From the human T2T-CHM13v2.0 reference genome, Homo sapiens: a stretch of DNA of 64,000 bases. The position numbers and the translations under genes are program-made. How positions within the stretch are numbered: position 1 is the stretch's first letter; every line of letters starts with the position of its first letter. Shown here piece by piece: positions 12,909-26,023 of this stretch. The notes under the pieces are model-generated. The model was given only the letters and a program-made list of their open reading frames with translations. It did not search any database and had not been told where the DNA came from. The DNA is taken from the NCBI RefSeq assembly GCF_009914755.1, contig NC_060932.1; one strand, given 5' to 3'.

Positions 12909-15900
12909 ACTTTTGTGTTACATGCTCTTTGAAGGAAAGAAAGGATGATCACTTTTAATGATTGGTTATTAGCAGTATTACAGTAATAGCAATGCTGGAT
13001 TAAAAACTTGCAATTGAAGAAGAGAAGCTCTGATTAACTCAGGACAACATGTTTATTCATTTATCTCTAAACAAACAAACTAGCAAATAAATAAATAGCT
13101 AACTGCAAAATCTCATGATTTTAGGGTTCTTCATGTGTGGGTGAAGTGAAAAGTGTCTTATTCATCCAGGTGGCCTTGGGTTGCTTCTTAATGAGAGAAT
13201 GTGATGGAAATTTTCTATCTTCTAAGGCTGTTACATTTTTTTTTCCCAAAAAGGAAGATAATCTTATCTCTTCTACAGATGACTGCATATTTTATTGCCA
13301 TCCTTTTCAAATTGAGAAATCTGCATTTACCTCTTAGCGTCTACACTTAAATGCTTGAAGAATCTAGCCCAACCAACATATTGTAAGTGAACTCTTGAAT
13401 GAGCTGATAGCCATGAATTTTGTGAGGAATGCACATGCCAGAATTAGGAAAGTACAAAATCCCCGCCTCCCCGCTAGGCTGTCTTCTCTGTTCCCTTTGT
13501 TTCTTCTGAGGGCTTCGCAGTTTTGCAGAACAGCCTTCTTATCTCTCTTTCCTTTTCTCCTTGGGACTTGCCTTCCACAGACCTCTTCAGACATTCTTGC
13601 AGAATTGTTCCCATAAGATCTCTATTTTCAATTGGCTTTATACCTTCCAGTTTTATGGCCCATCCAGAACAGCTCAGTTCACTTTCTGAAGAAGAAATGA
13701 GAAAGTGCAAAATGTTACCAAATCTTTCCTCCTGTGTTTTCAAAAAACCACATTTGATGCTTTCTATTTTATATGCTTTTACAGAAATTCTCTTTAAAAA
13801 TCAAATATATGCTTATCATTATTTTAATAAAAACCTCTGCTGAGTAAATGAATTTTATAGGATTGGGGGAAAAAGTTTGCAATGAATGGTGGATGATACT
13901 GCTATTCAATAGGGAGCTCTTAAAAATAGAGCAAATGCATAAGACATTTTTTACAGTTTTCAATTTGTAAGAAAATGATTTCATTAGAGGGGAAAAAAGA
14001 GAGAGAAAAAACCATCAGTCAGGATGTGGGAGAATGCAGGCTCCTGATGAGACCAGCGGAGAAGACAAACTAAGTGTATGGATGCAGATTAGGCCTCAGA
14101 AGATGAGGGTGTAAAAGGGATTTAATGGTGGGGTGGATTATAGAAATCCATGTAACAATGTTAAATAATTATAGTTCCAGCCGAGATCAAAGCAGTGCTG
14201 ATTGAACGCCCTCAAGCTGTTAACATGAAGTATCTTGAAGGGAAAAAAACCTGCCTCAAAGATTGGTCAGTCTGGGCAAACAATGTCTGTGATCTGTAGA
14301 AGTTCCAACTGTATTGAAAGCACCAATTCTAGGGAATGAAAAATGGAGGAGGCAGCCTGTTAGGGAATTTCTTCTTCTGGAGCTCTCGATCTTAAAACGG
14401 ACTTTTTAGCTATTTGTAGTTTGTTTGAAAATGCTAAAAAAAAAAAAAAAAGTCTAACCTTTCTTTTGGAGGGTATAGAAAAGATATTCACTCAGCCTGT
14501 ATCGTAGTTGTCAGTGGGAAATTCTATAATTGATTTTTATTATTCTTGATTTTGCCCTTTGAGGAAAATTTCACTTTCACTGAGTATACCAGAGTGATAA
14601 TGACTGTAGGTAAGGAAAACTGGAAAAAAAAAATTGTGGAAGATACATTTATCTGCAGAAGGAGCAAAAAATATCTTGAATATAAAGGAAAAACATGAGA
14701 ATACATTCATGTCTGTGGGCTTGTTTGATTTTGTAATGCCTCTAAGACATTAAAAAATACAGAATTATAAAACAATTGAAATTAGTTCTAAAATGAGACA
14801 GCCATTTAAATTAACCCCAACCACAAGTGTTTTGGACAAATTGAATATAGAACCATATTGATATCTACATCTGTAACTGTCTATATATATGATAAAGGAC
14901 AGAAGGTTGCATAATTTTTACAGTTTATACAAGCATCTTTTATTTAGTATAAAAATGAAATTGTTTATTATTTTATATCACACAAAAAACGCAAAGCCAA
15001 CAAATACTAAGATTAGATTTATAGAAATTATACTTGTAGACTTTATATTATTCATTAAAAAATATAGTTGATATATATAGTTGAGCTACATAGTAACATA
15101 ATGATTTAAATTATAAAACTGAAAAGCCAACTATTTGCAATATTTTTATGATATTCCTGATATTGTGGCTGGAATTTTACTTGGAGAGAATTAAAGCTGC
15201 TATTTCAGTAAGGTGCCTGGTATTTCTTATACAATGGTAGTTTTAAGATTTAAGATGTATGGGATTAGCTAGCCACTTCATCTGAATTTTAAAAACCTTT
15301 ATTTTAGGAGACGAACTATTGATCCAAATATTTTATAATAAATACACATTTCTTAAGCAGTTGATGACAACTTGTTAAGGGAAAATTTGGATAGACAAAA
15401 TTTGAATTTTTGTATTAGAATGAATTTAACAAAATTTTTCTTAATTCAAATGCATTTGCCTAAACATTCAAGTGAGAGCATTTTAAAAGTGAAGATTTTC
15501 TGCTGTATGTCTCTTTCTGTTGTAGGAAATAGCTGATATTAAAGACAATGCCTCATTAAATCTTGTGATGAGTGGTTTAACTTCGTGGCTTTTCTTAGGT
15601 AAAGGTTTTATGACATTGCATTTAATTTTTAATATTTTAATATGAATGCATTTCCTTTGCCAAACTAATTTTTATTTTTATAGGGGGATGGATGTGTTAG
15701 CTGTTAACATCTTTTCTCATCCTTGGAAAACATCATTTCTCATCTGTAAAACATTTCAAAATCATATTTATGTGGTACTGGAAAAAATGCTAAGAAATTA
15801 TAGGATTAAACTATTTTAATGCACATGTGTTGAATATTTTTAAAACAGTTTAAAACAACAAAACTTACTATAAATTAATTTCTGTAAGCTACCAGCTAAT

Positions 15901-16354
15901 TATTAGTCAATTTTAAAGTTTCTCACATTTTAAAATTTGGGATGTTAGTGATATTCTAAAGCTGGTCTTATGTATTTAGCAACTGAATAATTTGGTTATT
16001 TTCACCTTATTGTGCCTTTTAATTTACATGTTCACAAAACATACTTTTCGTTGTTATTCCCATAGGTCCTTCTATACCACAGAGGTTTAACAATACAGAG
16101 GGGGTACATTAACTGCCAAGTCGCCTGTCCAGAAATGTTAATTTAGGTTGAAAGTTTAATTGTTTTGTTTGTTTGTTTAAAGTAATATGATTCTACCCCA
16201 TGTAGCAGTACATACTTGAGAGTAAATACCAGGTGAAATGATTTTCTAAAATTGCCTTACATTTTTTTTTTTAATTTTGAGGAAGTTTTTTGTTCAAGGA
16301 TACAGGCATCTCATGGCTATTGATGAGTTCAGGACCAAACAAAAATTCTGATAT

Positions 16355-16905
16355 TATAATAGGGTGGAAAAAGCCTAAAATTTCTATTCAGATAAAACTA
16401 GTTTCAAGTCCTGTTTCAACATTTGATTACTTATGAGCTGAGTAACTGTGGGCATTTTGCCTAATCGCCCTAAGTTTCAGTTTCCTCATGGAAATGATGC
16501 CTACCTCCTGTATCTCTTGTGAGCATTAAACAAGGTCAAGAGAAACATCGTATGTATTTCTTCCCAGCCAGGCTGCAAGAATGGGTAGATGGAGGATTCT
16601 TGTGAGAACTGCCCCTCACCTCTTAACATTGAAGACAGATGATGATGAAGTTTGTGTCAGAACTCTGACCTTGAGCCCCACAATTCCTAAATATATTTAT
16701 TCTAATACAACTTATTTTTACTAAAGTGAAATTTAGGAATATTAAAATGAGAGTGATTTTGTCCAAGTACTTTATGTCTCTGATCCTCAGCTTTCCCACA
16801 AGCAAATGAGGATGATAATATCTACTACTGTGCTTAAAGTAGGTCTTAAATAAAAGGACACACAAGATACTTATACCCAGCACATAGAGGTGCTCAGTTA
16901 TTGCT
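16355..16905 (+). mobile_element. Two MIR fragments (~16355-16535 and ~16755-16905)
   Basis: tcagtttcctcatggaaatgatgcctacctc; cctcagctttcccac...gaggatgataatatctac...cagcacatagaggtgctcag. Confidence 0.6.
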
Positions 16906-17479
16906 TTTGTTATCCTAGTCACGACTACTGGAAATAACTGGCTTTTTAAAAATGTTAAGCCCAGCGAGTTAGGAATCTTTACTGAGTTGCTTATATAAAG
17001 CAGGAATTCTGCTAGGCCCTGAGATACAGTGGTCAGTAGGACAGGTGTGATCTCTGACCTCAGAGAGCCTGCACTTTACTATGAAATGCTGTTTAAAATT
17101 CAGGTAGTTACCATGTCACCATTAAATATATTAAAGCACTTTTAAACAGTGGTTATTTTAATGAATATAAAAGTAGTAGGCTGAGTCTTTGAAGAAAATA
17201 AAAAGTGATTAGATACACATACACATACACACACACATGTATATATATACAACATAATAAAAAAGAGTGTTCCTATGCATGAAAATATGCTACCCCTAGT
17301 CTCCAGTCTCCAAGTCTCTTTACTCTGGCCATAATTAAAATCTGTATGCATAAAAAAGACAGTGATTTGGGGTTCATTGGAAGGGTAAGGATGATTTGGC
17401 AAAAATCTGCTCACCCTCAAGAGTTTCAAACTTTTCTGACTTTATTACTACTCTAAAATAATCTAAAGAGAGAACCCCT

Positions 17480-18080
17480 CATTTTCTCAACACCATTCTG
17501 TCTCCACTATCACTCATGTCCCCTATCTCATTGTTCTTAGTTGGCCTCTCTTATCACTTCTCATAGCTCCCATTTTATCATCTTTGTTAAACAAACCATC
17601 CTTACTTCTTCGGTGTCCAGGCCTCCTAGATATACCGTTCTCTTTAGCATTCAACCAAGAACATTTTTCTCCATTGTCACTTGCTAATCTTGTGTCTCCC
17701 TCAGGACTCTTCCCAGGGGTACTTGACACTTGCCTGCCATTTTCTCTCTTTGCTCTTAGAGTTCCTCCTTCTCTGCTCCCAAATTGCACTTGTGGCCATT
17801 ACCCCTGTAACCTCATGGCCACTTCTGATCAGGGAACAATGTCCTCCTTCATATGTATCAACCCTCTTTTACAACCACGCTTTATCCCTCTCCATCACTC
17901 AGAATCATTACATACCTAGACACTCCCTTCTCTATGTATAACTGGCTGTGTGTTACTTTGCAACCTCAATGAGGACTCTACGCAGCTCCTGGCTTCATTT
18001 TCAGTAGTACTCAATCTCAGCTCCATAACCTCCCATTTCAACATTACTCCTGTTAGCACCTTCCATGGCCTTGACCTCTG
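17480..18080 (+). mobile_element. L2 LINE fragment (pyrimidine-rich strand)
   Basis: CT-rich diverged L2-like text; source of the uninformative ORFs at 17523-17941. Confidence 0.5.
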
Positions 18081-19029
18081 TGTGATCTGGCTTATCGTTG
18101 CTTTACTGTGAGATGGGGAGTAGATAGTCTTTATGCCCTATACCTAAATCACCAGGAAAAATAATAGCTTAAATGTATTAAGTGAGCATTTATTATGCAT
18201 ATGCGGCACTGTGCCAGACACTAAGCAGAATCTCAGGCAATCCTCTCAACAATCTAAGGCCCTGAGAAAATCATACTCCTTTTTGTTGGCATTGTTGCAA
18301 ATTTAAGTTATTACTAGTTATTGTATTTATTCCCCAATAACCTTGTATAGAAATCTCCACAATAGTTGTTCTAAAACTCTCCAGTCTTTGAATCATTAAT
18401 CCTCTTTCCTCTCTGCTTTATTTTTAACTACTCTGCTGAATACAAAGCAGTTTTTTTTTTTTTATGTGAGTGATTCTTTCTTGAAGACCTTTCTAAATTC
18501 AAATTCTCACTTGTCCCATAGGGGGAAAAGTGATGGGGCAGCCCAGAGAGCTCTTCAGAGCACACAAATCTAGAAACATTGTAGCTTAGAGGTATTGTAA
18601 CCACTTTGATCATGGAGCCATGTCACCAGAATTTTTTCCTATTATCTTTGCCCACTTATATAATAAGTTTTGCCAACTTCAAGGTGAATCTGCTTTAATG
18701 TTGCTTTTAATTTTCTCAGTATGATCTCCAATATTTCAGAGTGCTCACTCTTAAGTTAATTGCTGCTTGTGATTAAAAGAAGATGGCTTCACTATTATGT
18801 GAGAATTTCCTGTAATGATCTCTTCTGTTTTACATCTCTTTACTCTCTCTTATTTTTCCCCTTTCTATCTCTCAATCTCCTACTCCTTTTTATGACTGCG
18901 TCTTCCATTTTTCTTCTTTCTTTAGTTTCTACCTAGCCAGTTTCTTCTCTACCTGCCCATTGCTCTCCAGCTGGTGTACTCATTCATGCATGCATGCATT
19001 CACACAATATTTCTTGAGCACTGACAGTG

Positions 19030-19430
19030 TGGAGGGCCAGACTGACTAGCCTCAAATACTGGTTTCGTCACCTTCTAGCTCTGAGACTTTGAGCAAGTCC
19101 CTTAATCTTTATGTGCCTCAGTTTCCTTATCAGTAAAACAAGAATAATAGTAATTCTATCAGTATTAAATGCTAAAGTGTGTTGTGAGTTTACCACATTC
19201 CAGTAAGTTTTAAAAATTTTACCTGTGTTAACTCATTTAGTCTCATAGAACACTATGATGGGATTCTGTTATTAAGCCCATGTTTTGTGCATGGGTTATA
19301 TATTTTCATAATTTGCCCAATATCACAAAGCCACATAGCTCATCAGAGGGTTGAATGAACTCATTCATATAAAGGGCATAACAAAGTGCCTGGCACAGAG
19401 TAAATGCTCAAAAACTTTTAGCTAACATAA
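19030..19430 (+). mobile_element. MIR split by an oppositely oriented MIR (~19170-19340)
   Basis: gagcaagtcccttaatc...gcctcagtttccttatc; then antisense aactcatttagtctcat...ttgcccaatatcaca; then aaagtgcctggcacagagtaaatgctcaa. Confidence 0.65.
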
Positions 19431-19709
19431 TTATTATTGTCATTATAAATATTCCCATTTTACTACCCAATAAGTACTTAAAATATTAGCCATTGTTATG
19501 ATAATGACATGTAAGGCAGCATGCTACCTGCCATGAGTGTAAAAGCTATGTCAAATACTGTGACTATTTTCAAAAAACAATATATTAAAGAACTTTCAAA
19601 AATAACTTGTTTTCTCTTCCTCTCTACTCTTCCTTTCTCTGCCTCTTCCCCCTCTACCTCCTCTTTTTCTTCTTCCTTCTTCTTTTAAATTTATTTTTTG
19701 AGAGAGATG

Positions 19710-19960
19710 GATAGCACAGGGCTTAATAACAGAGTCAGGAGCCGGGACACCGAACTTATTTCACATCTTGACTCCTGCTGTTTAGCTAGGTGACCTTTGA
19801 AAAGTAAGCTAATTTTGTTGTGCCTCAGTATTTTCATCAACAAAATGGACCAAAACTATGTCTACCTTATAGGGTTACTAGGAATATGAGATATCTTCAT
19901 ACTTGTGAATCACAGAGGATGGTACCTGGGGATGGTAAACAACATGGAAGTGGTAGCTTG
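19710..19960 (+). mobile_element. MIR SINE
   Basis: gtgacctttgaaaag...gtgcctcagtattttcatc...ctaccttatagggtt. Confidence 0.65.
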
Positions 19961-20012
19961 TGTCTCTGTGTTTACTTAACTACAAATAATAAATGTAAAG
20001 AGTTTTTATTGT

Positions 20013-20280
20013 GCACTTTGGGAGGCTTAGGTGGGCAGATCACCTGAGAGGTCAGGAGTTTGAGATCAGCCTGGACAAAATGGCGAAACCTTGTCTCTAT
20101 TTAAAATACAAAACTTATCCAGGAGTGGTGGCACATGCCTGTAGTCCCAGGTATTTGGAAGGCTGAGGCAAGAGGATAATTTGAATGCAGGAGGTGGAGG
20201 TTGCAGTGAGCCAAGATTGTGCCACTGCACTCCAGCCTAGGTGAAAGAGCAAGACTTCATCTAAAAAAAAAATAGAAAGA
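20013..20280 (+). mobile_element. 5'-truncated AluS SINE
   Basis: Begins gcactttgggagg; A tail; TSD gtttttattgt on both sides. Confidence 0.93.
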
Positions 20281-21959
20281 GAAGGTTTTTATTGTATCTT
20301 TCATTGATGATATTAGTTATTTATGTTCCCTATTCTTAATTTTAAATTTTTAGATATTTTACATTGTTTCCTCTTAAAAATTACTAAATTCAAAATTATT
20401 TTAAATTTCTCATTACTATTAATATTTCATATAAAATAATGGCTGACATTTCAAAAAAAATGTTCATTACTCCTACTCCATGAGGTATGGCTCTTGTTTG
20501 ATTGCTTATTACATATTGAAAATCTTTTTTCTGCAGGTCTCATTAGAAATAGTTTCTGACTATTCCTTTAACTTTTCTCACTCTGACAGCTTCGTTTGGT
20601 TCATGATTCTTACACTGCGTTAGGGATGTTCTCTTGTTTGGCTGTTTCCATCTCTGAATTTTCTTGGCAAACTATGTATACGTTCAGTCTCAGCTTCAGG
20701 ACGGAGTTGGACAGTGATGATTTTTCTGTATACATGACTAGTATACATTTATTGAGTGCTTACTAGATTTGGGGCCACAAAGATGACAAAATATGCCATT
20801 TGTAGCTTATGTTGCTCACTGGGTGGAAGAGAGGCAGAAACATACCTCATTTGAATTTGTCATGGTTGACACTATTTCAGGAGTCTAATCAAAATCCCAT
20901 GGAACACCAAGAAGTTAATCTTTTTTCATTCTGAAGTGGTACCACTTTATCACTTTAAGATTGGGCAAAAACTTTTTGGACGAGGATGGGATAGCTTACT
21001 CAGCTAATTTATTGGCAGGATTAACCTGGTGTCAAGTCTGATCATCAGAATGTAGATTGTGGCTGGCCAAGCACTAATATGTTTCTCTCAAAGATTCAGC
21101 TCAGAACATTGGGGTTTGAGGGTGGTGAGTTGGAGGAGGTTGATGGTACGCAAGCGGAACCTTTTACATCCTCTCCAAATCCAAATAGAAACTTGCTTGT
21201 TGAGAATGTCTTTTTAAGTTCTCTACTGATATCAGCTATTCTCCATTTATTGCTAAGAATTTCAGTTCTTATTAGAGCATAAGGTCTGCTTAATTATAAC
21301 TCTATCAGAACACTATCAGAACTCTTATCAGATAAGGAGACCTGCATGGTCTCCTTATCATAAAAAGAATTTAGATTAAGCTGCCAGGGTTTGACCTTCT
21401 CACAGAATCATTTGGATTATTACCCAAGACCCCAATTTTCTAGCCCAGTGTTTCAAAAAATGTGGTCGGTGGATTACTTGAGCACCATCCCAGATAAACA
21501 GAATCATAAAATGCATAAAATTTTATGCACGATGATCTCTGAGAACCTGTATAGACACCTGCAGAATAAACTGGAGGCCACTGAGCTTTAGTTGTCTTAC
21601 ACTTTAGTTGGCAAAGCTTATGATAAAAAAGTAGATCTTAGTCAGTACACCAATATGCTTTCAAAGAATCAAACTAATAATTAGTACATAGTTTTAAGAA
21701 TAAGCAGAGTTATCCCTCTCATTATTTCCATGGTACTACCAAGTTAAAACATTAAAGCTACTGGGGAATCTAAAGTAACTACATTATGAATTCACTGCTT
21801 CATCCAAGTAAGTATCCCTGATGGTTTACTTAGAAAACATTTTATTTTTCACCAACATCACAGAAGGCATGTTATTGAATCATTAGTTCTGATAAGTAAC
21901 ACAACTTAGTCTCTACAACTGGAGAACAATTTAAATATGAAAAGATCACTGACCTCTGA

Positions 21960-22293
<334 letters not shown>

Positions 22294-22375
22294 TCACTCC
22301 TTGTGTTTTGTATTTATTATCCCTTTGATTTCATTCACCTGGAATATGTCTTTCCCCTCTTCTCCTAAAGGGACC

Positions 22376-22703
22376 TTTTTTTTTTTTTTTTTTTTAAAGA
22401 AACGAGGTCTTACTCTATCCCTCAGGATGGAATACAGTGGCTAGATCATAGCTCACTACAGCCTGGAACCCTGGGCTAATGTGATCTTCCCTCCTCAGTC
22501 TTCTGAGTGGCTAGGACTACAGGCACACACCACCATGCCTAGATGATTTTTTATTTTTTTATTTTTTGTAGAGATGGGGCATCAATATGTTGCTTAGGCT
22601 GGTCTTGAACTCCTGGCCTTAAGTGATCCTCCTGCCTTGCTTCCCAGTGTGCTGGGATTACAGGCATAGACTGAGATCATAGGCCTGAACCACTGTGCCT
22701 GGT
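22376..22703 (-). mobile_element. AluJ-like SINE
   Basis: Poly-T, gatcatagctcactacagcc, gttgcttaggctggtcttgaactcctggcc. Confidence 0.9.
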
Positions 22704-25379
22704 CTATTGCATCTTTTAGGATCCAACTCAGGATCTTCTATGATCTTTCTCTCTTTTGTGGGGACCTCATGCCAACAGTAGTTTATACAATTCATTTAGT
22801 AAGTAATAAGATGCTACTTTGTGTAATCAAATGCCATTTTGTGACATTGTTTCTCTCACATTGTAAATTAATGTTTATAATCTTATTTTAAACATTTTTC
22901 ATGTTTATACCATCTCTCCCTGACTAGCTGACTACCTCTTTATTTACATAGTAATGCCCACTGCAGTGCCTCAAAAACAGTAGTTGCTCAGTAAATATTT
23001 AGTGATTCGAGATCTATTCAATTCTGGTGGGTTAAGAGAGGAAAGAAAAGAATCAGCTATGCCACAGAAGAGTTGAGGAGAGCTCAAGACAGAGTTTAAA
23101 AGCCATTGAGTTAAGATTCCTATTTTAACAATCTTTTATATCCTGAGGAAACACCCACAGAGTAATAGAATTAAAGAAATGCATTTCTCTCCCACTTCCA
23201 AAGCCTTCAGAAATATAGGCACTTAGACTTAGAAAAAAGTACTTTGTATTAATACATCTGTTATCTATGCATACATATGCAAATGTGTGTTAATATGTGA
23301 GTGTGTATATATAAATATAGGTATATACACAAATATACAAATAATATATAGCACACATACATACACATGTGCAAACACACTAGTTTTCAATAGTGGGGAG
23401 AGAATATCATTGACTCTATGGTTTAGTTTTGCAGCTTAGATTGGAAAAGTTCCAAAGCACTTACAGGGCTCTGCTGCCTTAAACAGGCTACCCTGCCATA
23501 TGGCAGTTTTACTACTGTGGTGGTTTAGTTGTAATTGATTTATATTAGATTATGATGATATACTTGATAGTCCATTAACAAAGTGACTAAGCGAGGTTCT
23601 TGACTACTGGATGTGCTCCCGAATAAAATCTAAGATTTTTGTTTTTAGTTTTCTGTTTCAGTCTTTGTTTCTGTCTCTCTTCGCTCTGTTTTTATATCTG
23701 AAACTCCCATGCCAGGGGAAAATGTACAATGGGAATGTATTATGAGTCACTTTGTTTTAAGGTTGATAAAAAGTTATTACGTTAGTCTTCAATTTTCAAT
23801 CCAGCTACAACTATCTACAATTTTCAATCCAGCTACAACTAGCTCTTATTTACCCATGTTGACAGTGATGGGGAAGAGTGAATCCACTGTGATTTAAATA
23901 ACTTAATTTCACCAACAGTTTAGAACATTATCAACATTTTTAACTAAGTTGCTAGTGAGAAGCAAACATCAAAAGATTTGTGATTTCCCTCCTTTTTGCT
24001 TTTCCTGTCTTTTCATAAGGTAATTGGTAAGTTAAAAAAAAATAAGAAGCAAGTTATCTTAAAAACTATAACCCTTTAAATATAAAAAAGAATGAGAATT
24101 CTATGGAAAATTTATATCATTTATCTTCTTATAATCTGATTTTATAGTCAATCATTAGCTATCATTCATTAGCTAATGTGCACTTACATAGTAATTTGCA
24201 AACCTAATAGGTGAATGTTTAAAATCAAAGCCGTTAAAACCATCCTATGATTAGGTGAGTGTAGAAGTGATTGTGTGGAGACTGTGGCTTTAAAAATATC
24301 CATCATAGATGAATTCTCCTTTTCTCAAGTCAAGCATAACAAACATCTTTAGCTTCTTCTTCTTTGCCACAGCTTCCCAGGCCTATCTCCCTCTGGGAAA
24401 CCCACTTTCTGAGCCTTAGGGCTTCTCCAAAGCACCTTATTCTGTGATTCAGTAGTCTGTATCAGTTCAGTCAAAATGAAAGAACATCCATATAAGCAAA
24501 TAAAATGTGGATTTAATACAAAGTTCCTGATTTATGGAAAAACATTGGCTAAAAGTACTTCATTTCTTTTACTGCTGCAATAAAGAGAGTTTACAGTTGG
24601 TAACATATAACTTAGAGGAGTGACAAATTTGGTACTTAAAAAATATTTAGGTTAAAAACAACCCTGTCACTTCTACTAAGTCATTTTTAGAGCGTAATCA
24701 TTTTAATTCTTCTCCCTCTAATTTTATAACCACAAGACAACCTTTCCAAGGAAAATCCCTAACCTCTTGTAAAGATCCTCTCTGCTTCTCATTGTTATGA
24801 CATCTCAACCAACGATTCATTTGAAGTTACGTTTGACCTAGAAATTAGGAAACACTTCGGTGCTCCCTCTTGGTACCCCGTGCACATAAATAAATATCAT
24901 CAATCCTAAACAGCTTGAATGTACAAGTTTAACATAAAACCTTTGATTGTTGGCAGAGATCAAGTGTTTGAACTGTGTAGTGCTTGTGATTTGCTGAGGA
25001 AATGTTAAGTGTCCAGTCACAATGCTACAGCCAAAGAAAATTTGCAAATGCCAAAAGATTTAAGCGGAGGAAGCAACTGGCCTGGATTTTAGATAAATTT
25101 GGATATGCATGGTTACAAATTTCAATGTGAATTAGAAAAGCGTTTTTAACATCATCTCTGGAAGTCTTTAGGGAATGGTTTTTTCATGTGAATAAGCAGT
25201 GAAAACAAAATTCGTCAGCTGTTGTTAATTTTTAACAGCAGAAATTTTACCCATTAACTTATTGATATAGAGAAATGTTTCTTATCTTGCAAGGCAACTT
25301 CTAATTTTCACCTCTGATTTTGGGATTCATTTCAAAAAAATCAGGAGTTTCCAAAAATGAGTCATGAGGAGACAAATTA

Positions 25380-25540
25380 AGAAAGTGGTGCTCAAAATGA
25401 GATGTACATCATAAATATGTATGCAACTTTATAAAACAACAGATAGCCAGAGCTGTAGAGTCAGAATTTTACGGACTAGCATTGGTGATCTTGATATTTT
25501 TTTGAAACCTCTATGAGACATTTTGATGTGCATCTAAAAG
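25380..25540. mobile_element. MER5-like hAT-Charlie fragment
   Basis: agtggtgctcaaa...gagtcagaat...ttttgatgtgca, diverged MER5-type text. Confidence 0.45.
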
Positions 25541-25691
25541 TCACATTAAAAGCATTTGTCATAATATTTATCCTGAATAATGCCACGAACTACTATTTGG
25601 TAGTGCAAATATGACTTTCAGTTGCTCTTAAAAGGGTTTTCCTCAGAGCCATTTGATGACCTCCCCATTACTCTCCCGTAGTCCACTGGAA

Positions 25692-26023
25692 CAGGGGTCC
25701 CCAACCCCTAGGCCCCAGACAGGTACAGGCCCATGGCCTGTTAGGAGCCGGGCTGCACAGCAGGTGAGTGGCGGGCGAGTGAGCATTACTGTCTGAGCTC
25801 TGCCTCCTGTCAGATCAGCGACAGCATTAGATTCTCATGGGAGCCTGAATCCTATTGTGAACTAAGGAATCTAGGTTGCACGCTCCTTATGATAATCTAA
25901 CTAATGCCTGATGATCTAAGGTGGAATAGTTTCATCCCGGAACCATCCCCACCCCTCCCCAGGTCCATGGAAAAACATGCACGAAACCAGCACGAAATTT
26001 GCCAAAAAGGTTGGGGACCCCTG
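25692..26023 (+). mobile_element. MER1B (hAT-Charlie) MITE inserted in an L2 3' end
   Basis: Perfect 15-bp TIRs caggggtccccaacc / ggttggggacccctg; 8-bp flanks cactggaa / ctctagag; MER1 interior ctctgcctcctgtcagatcagc. Confidence 0.9.

Noticed and set aside
16640-16670. TGATGA...CTGA as a C/D-box snoRNA
   Set aside because: Boxes too close together, no terminal stem or guide element; such motifs are common by chance
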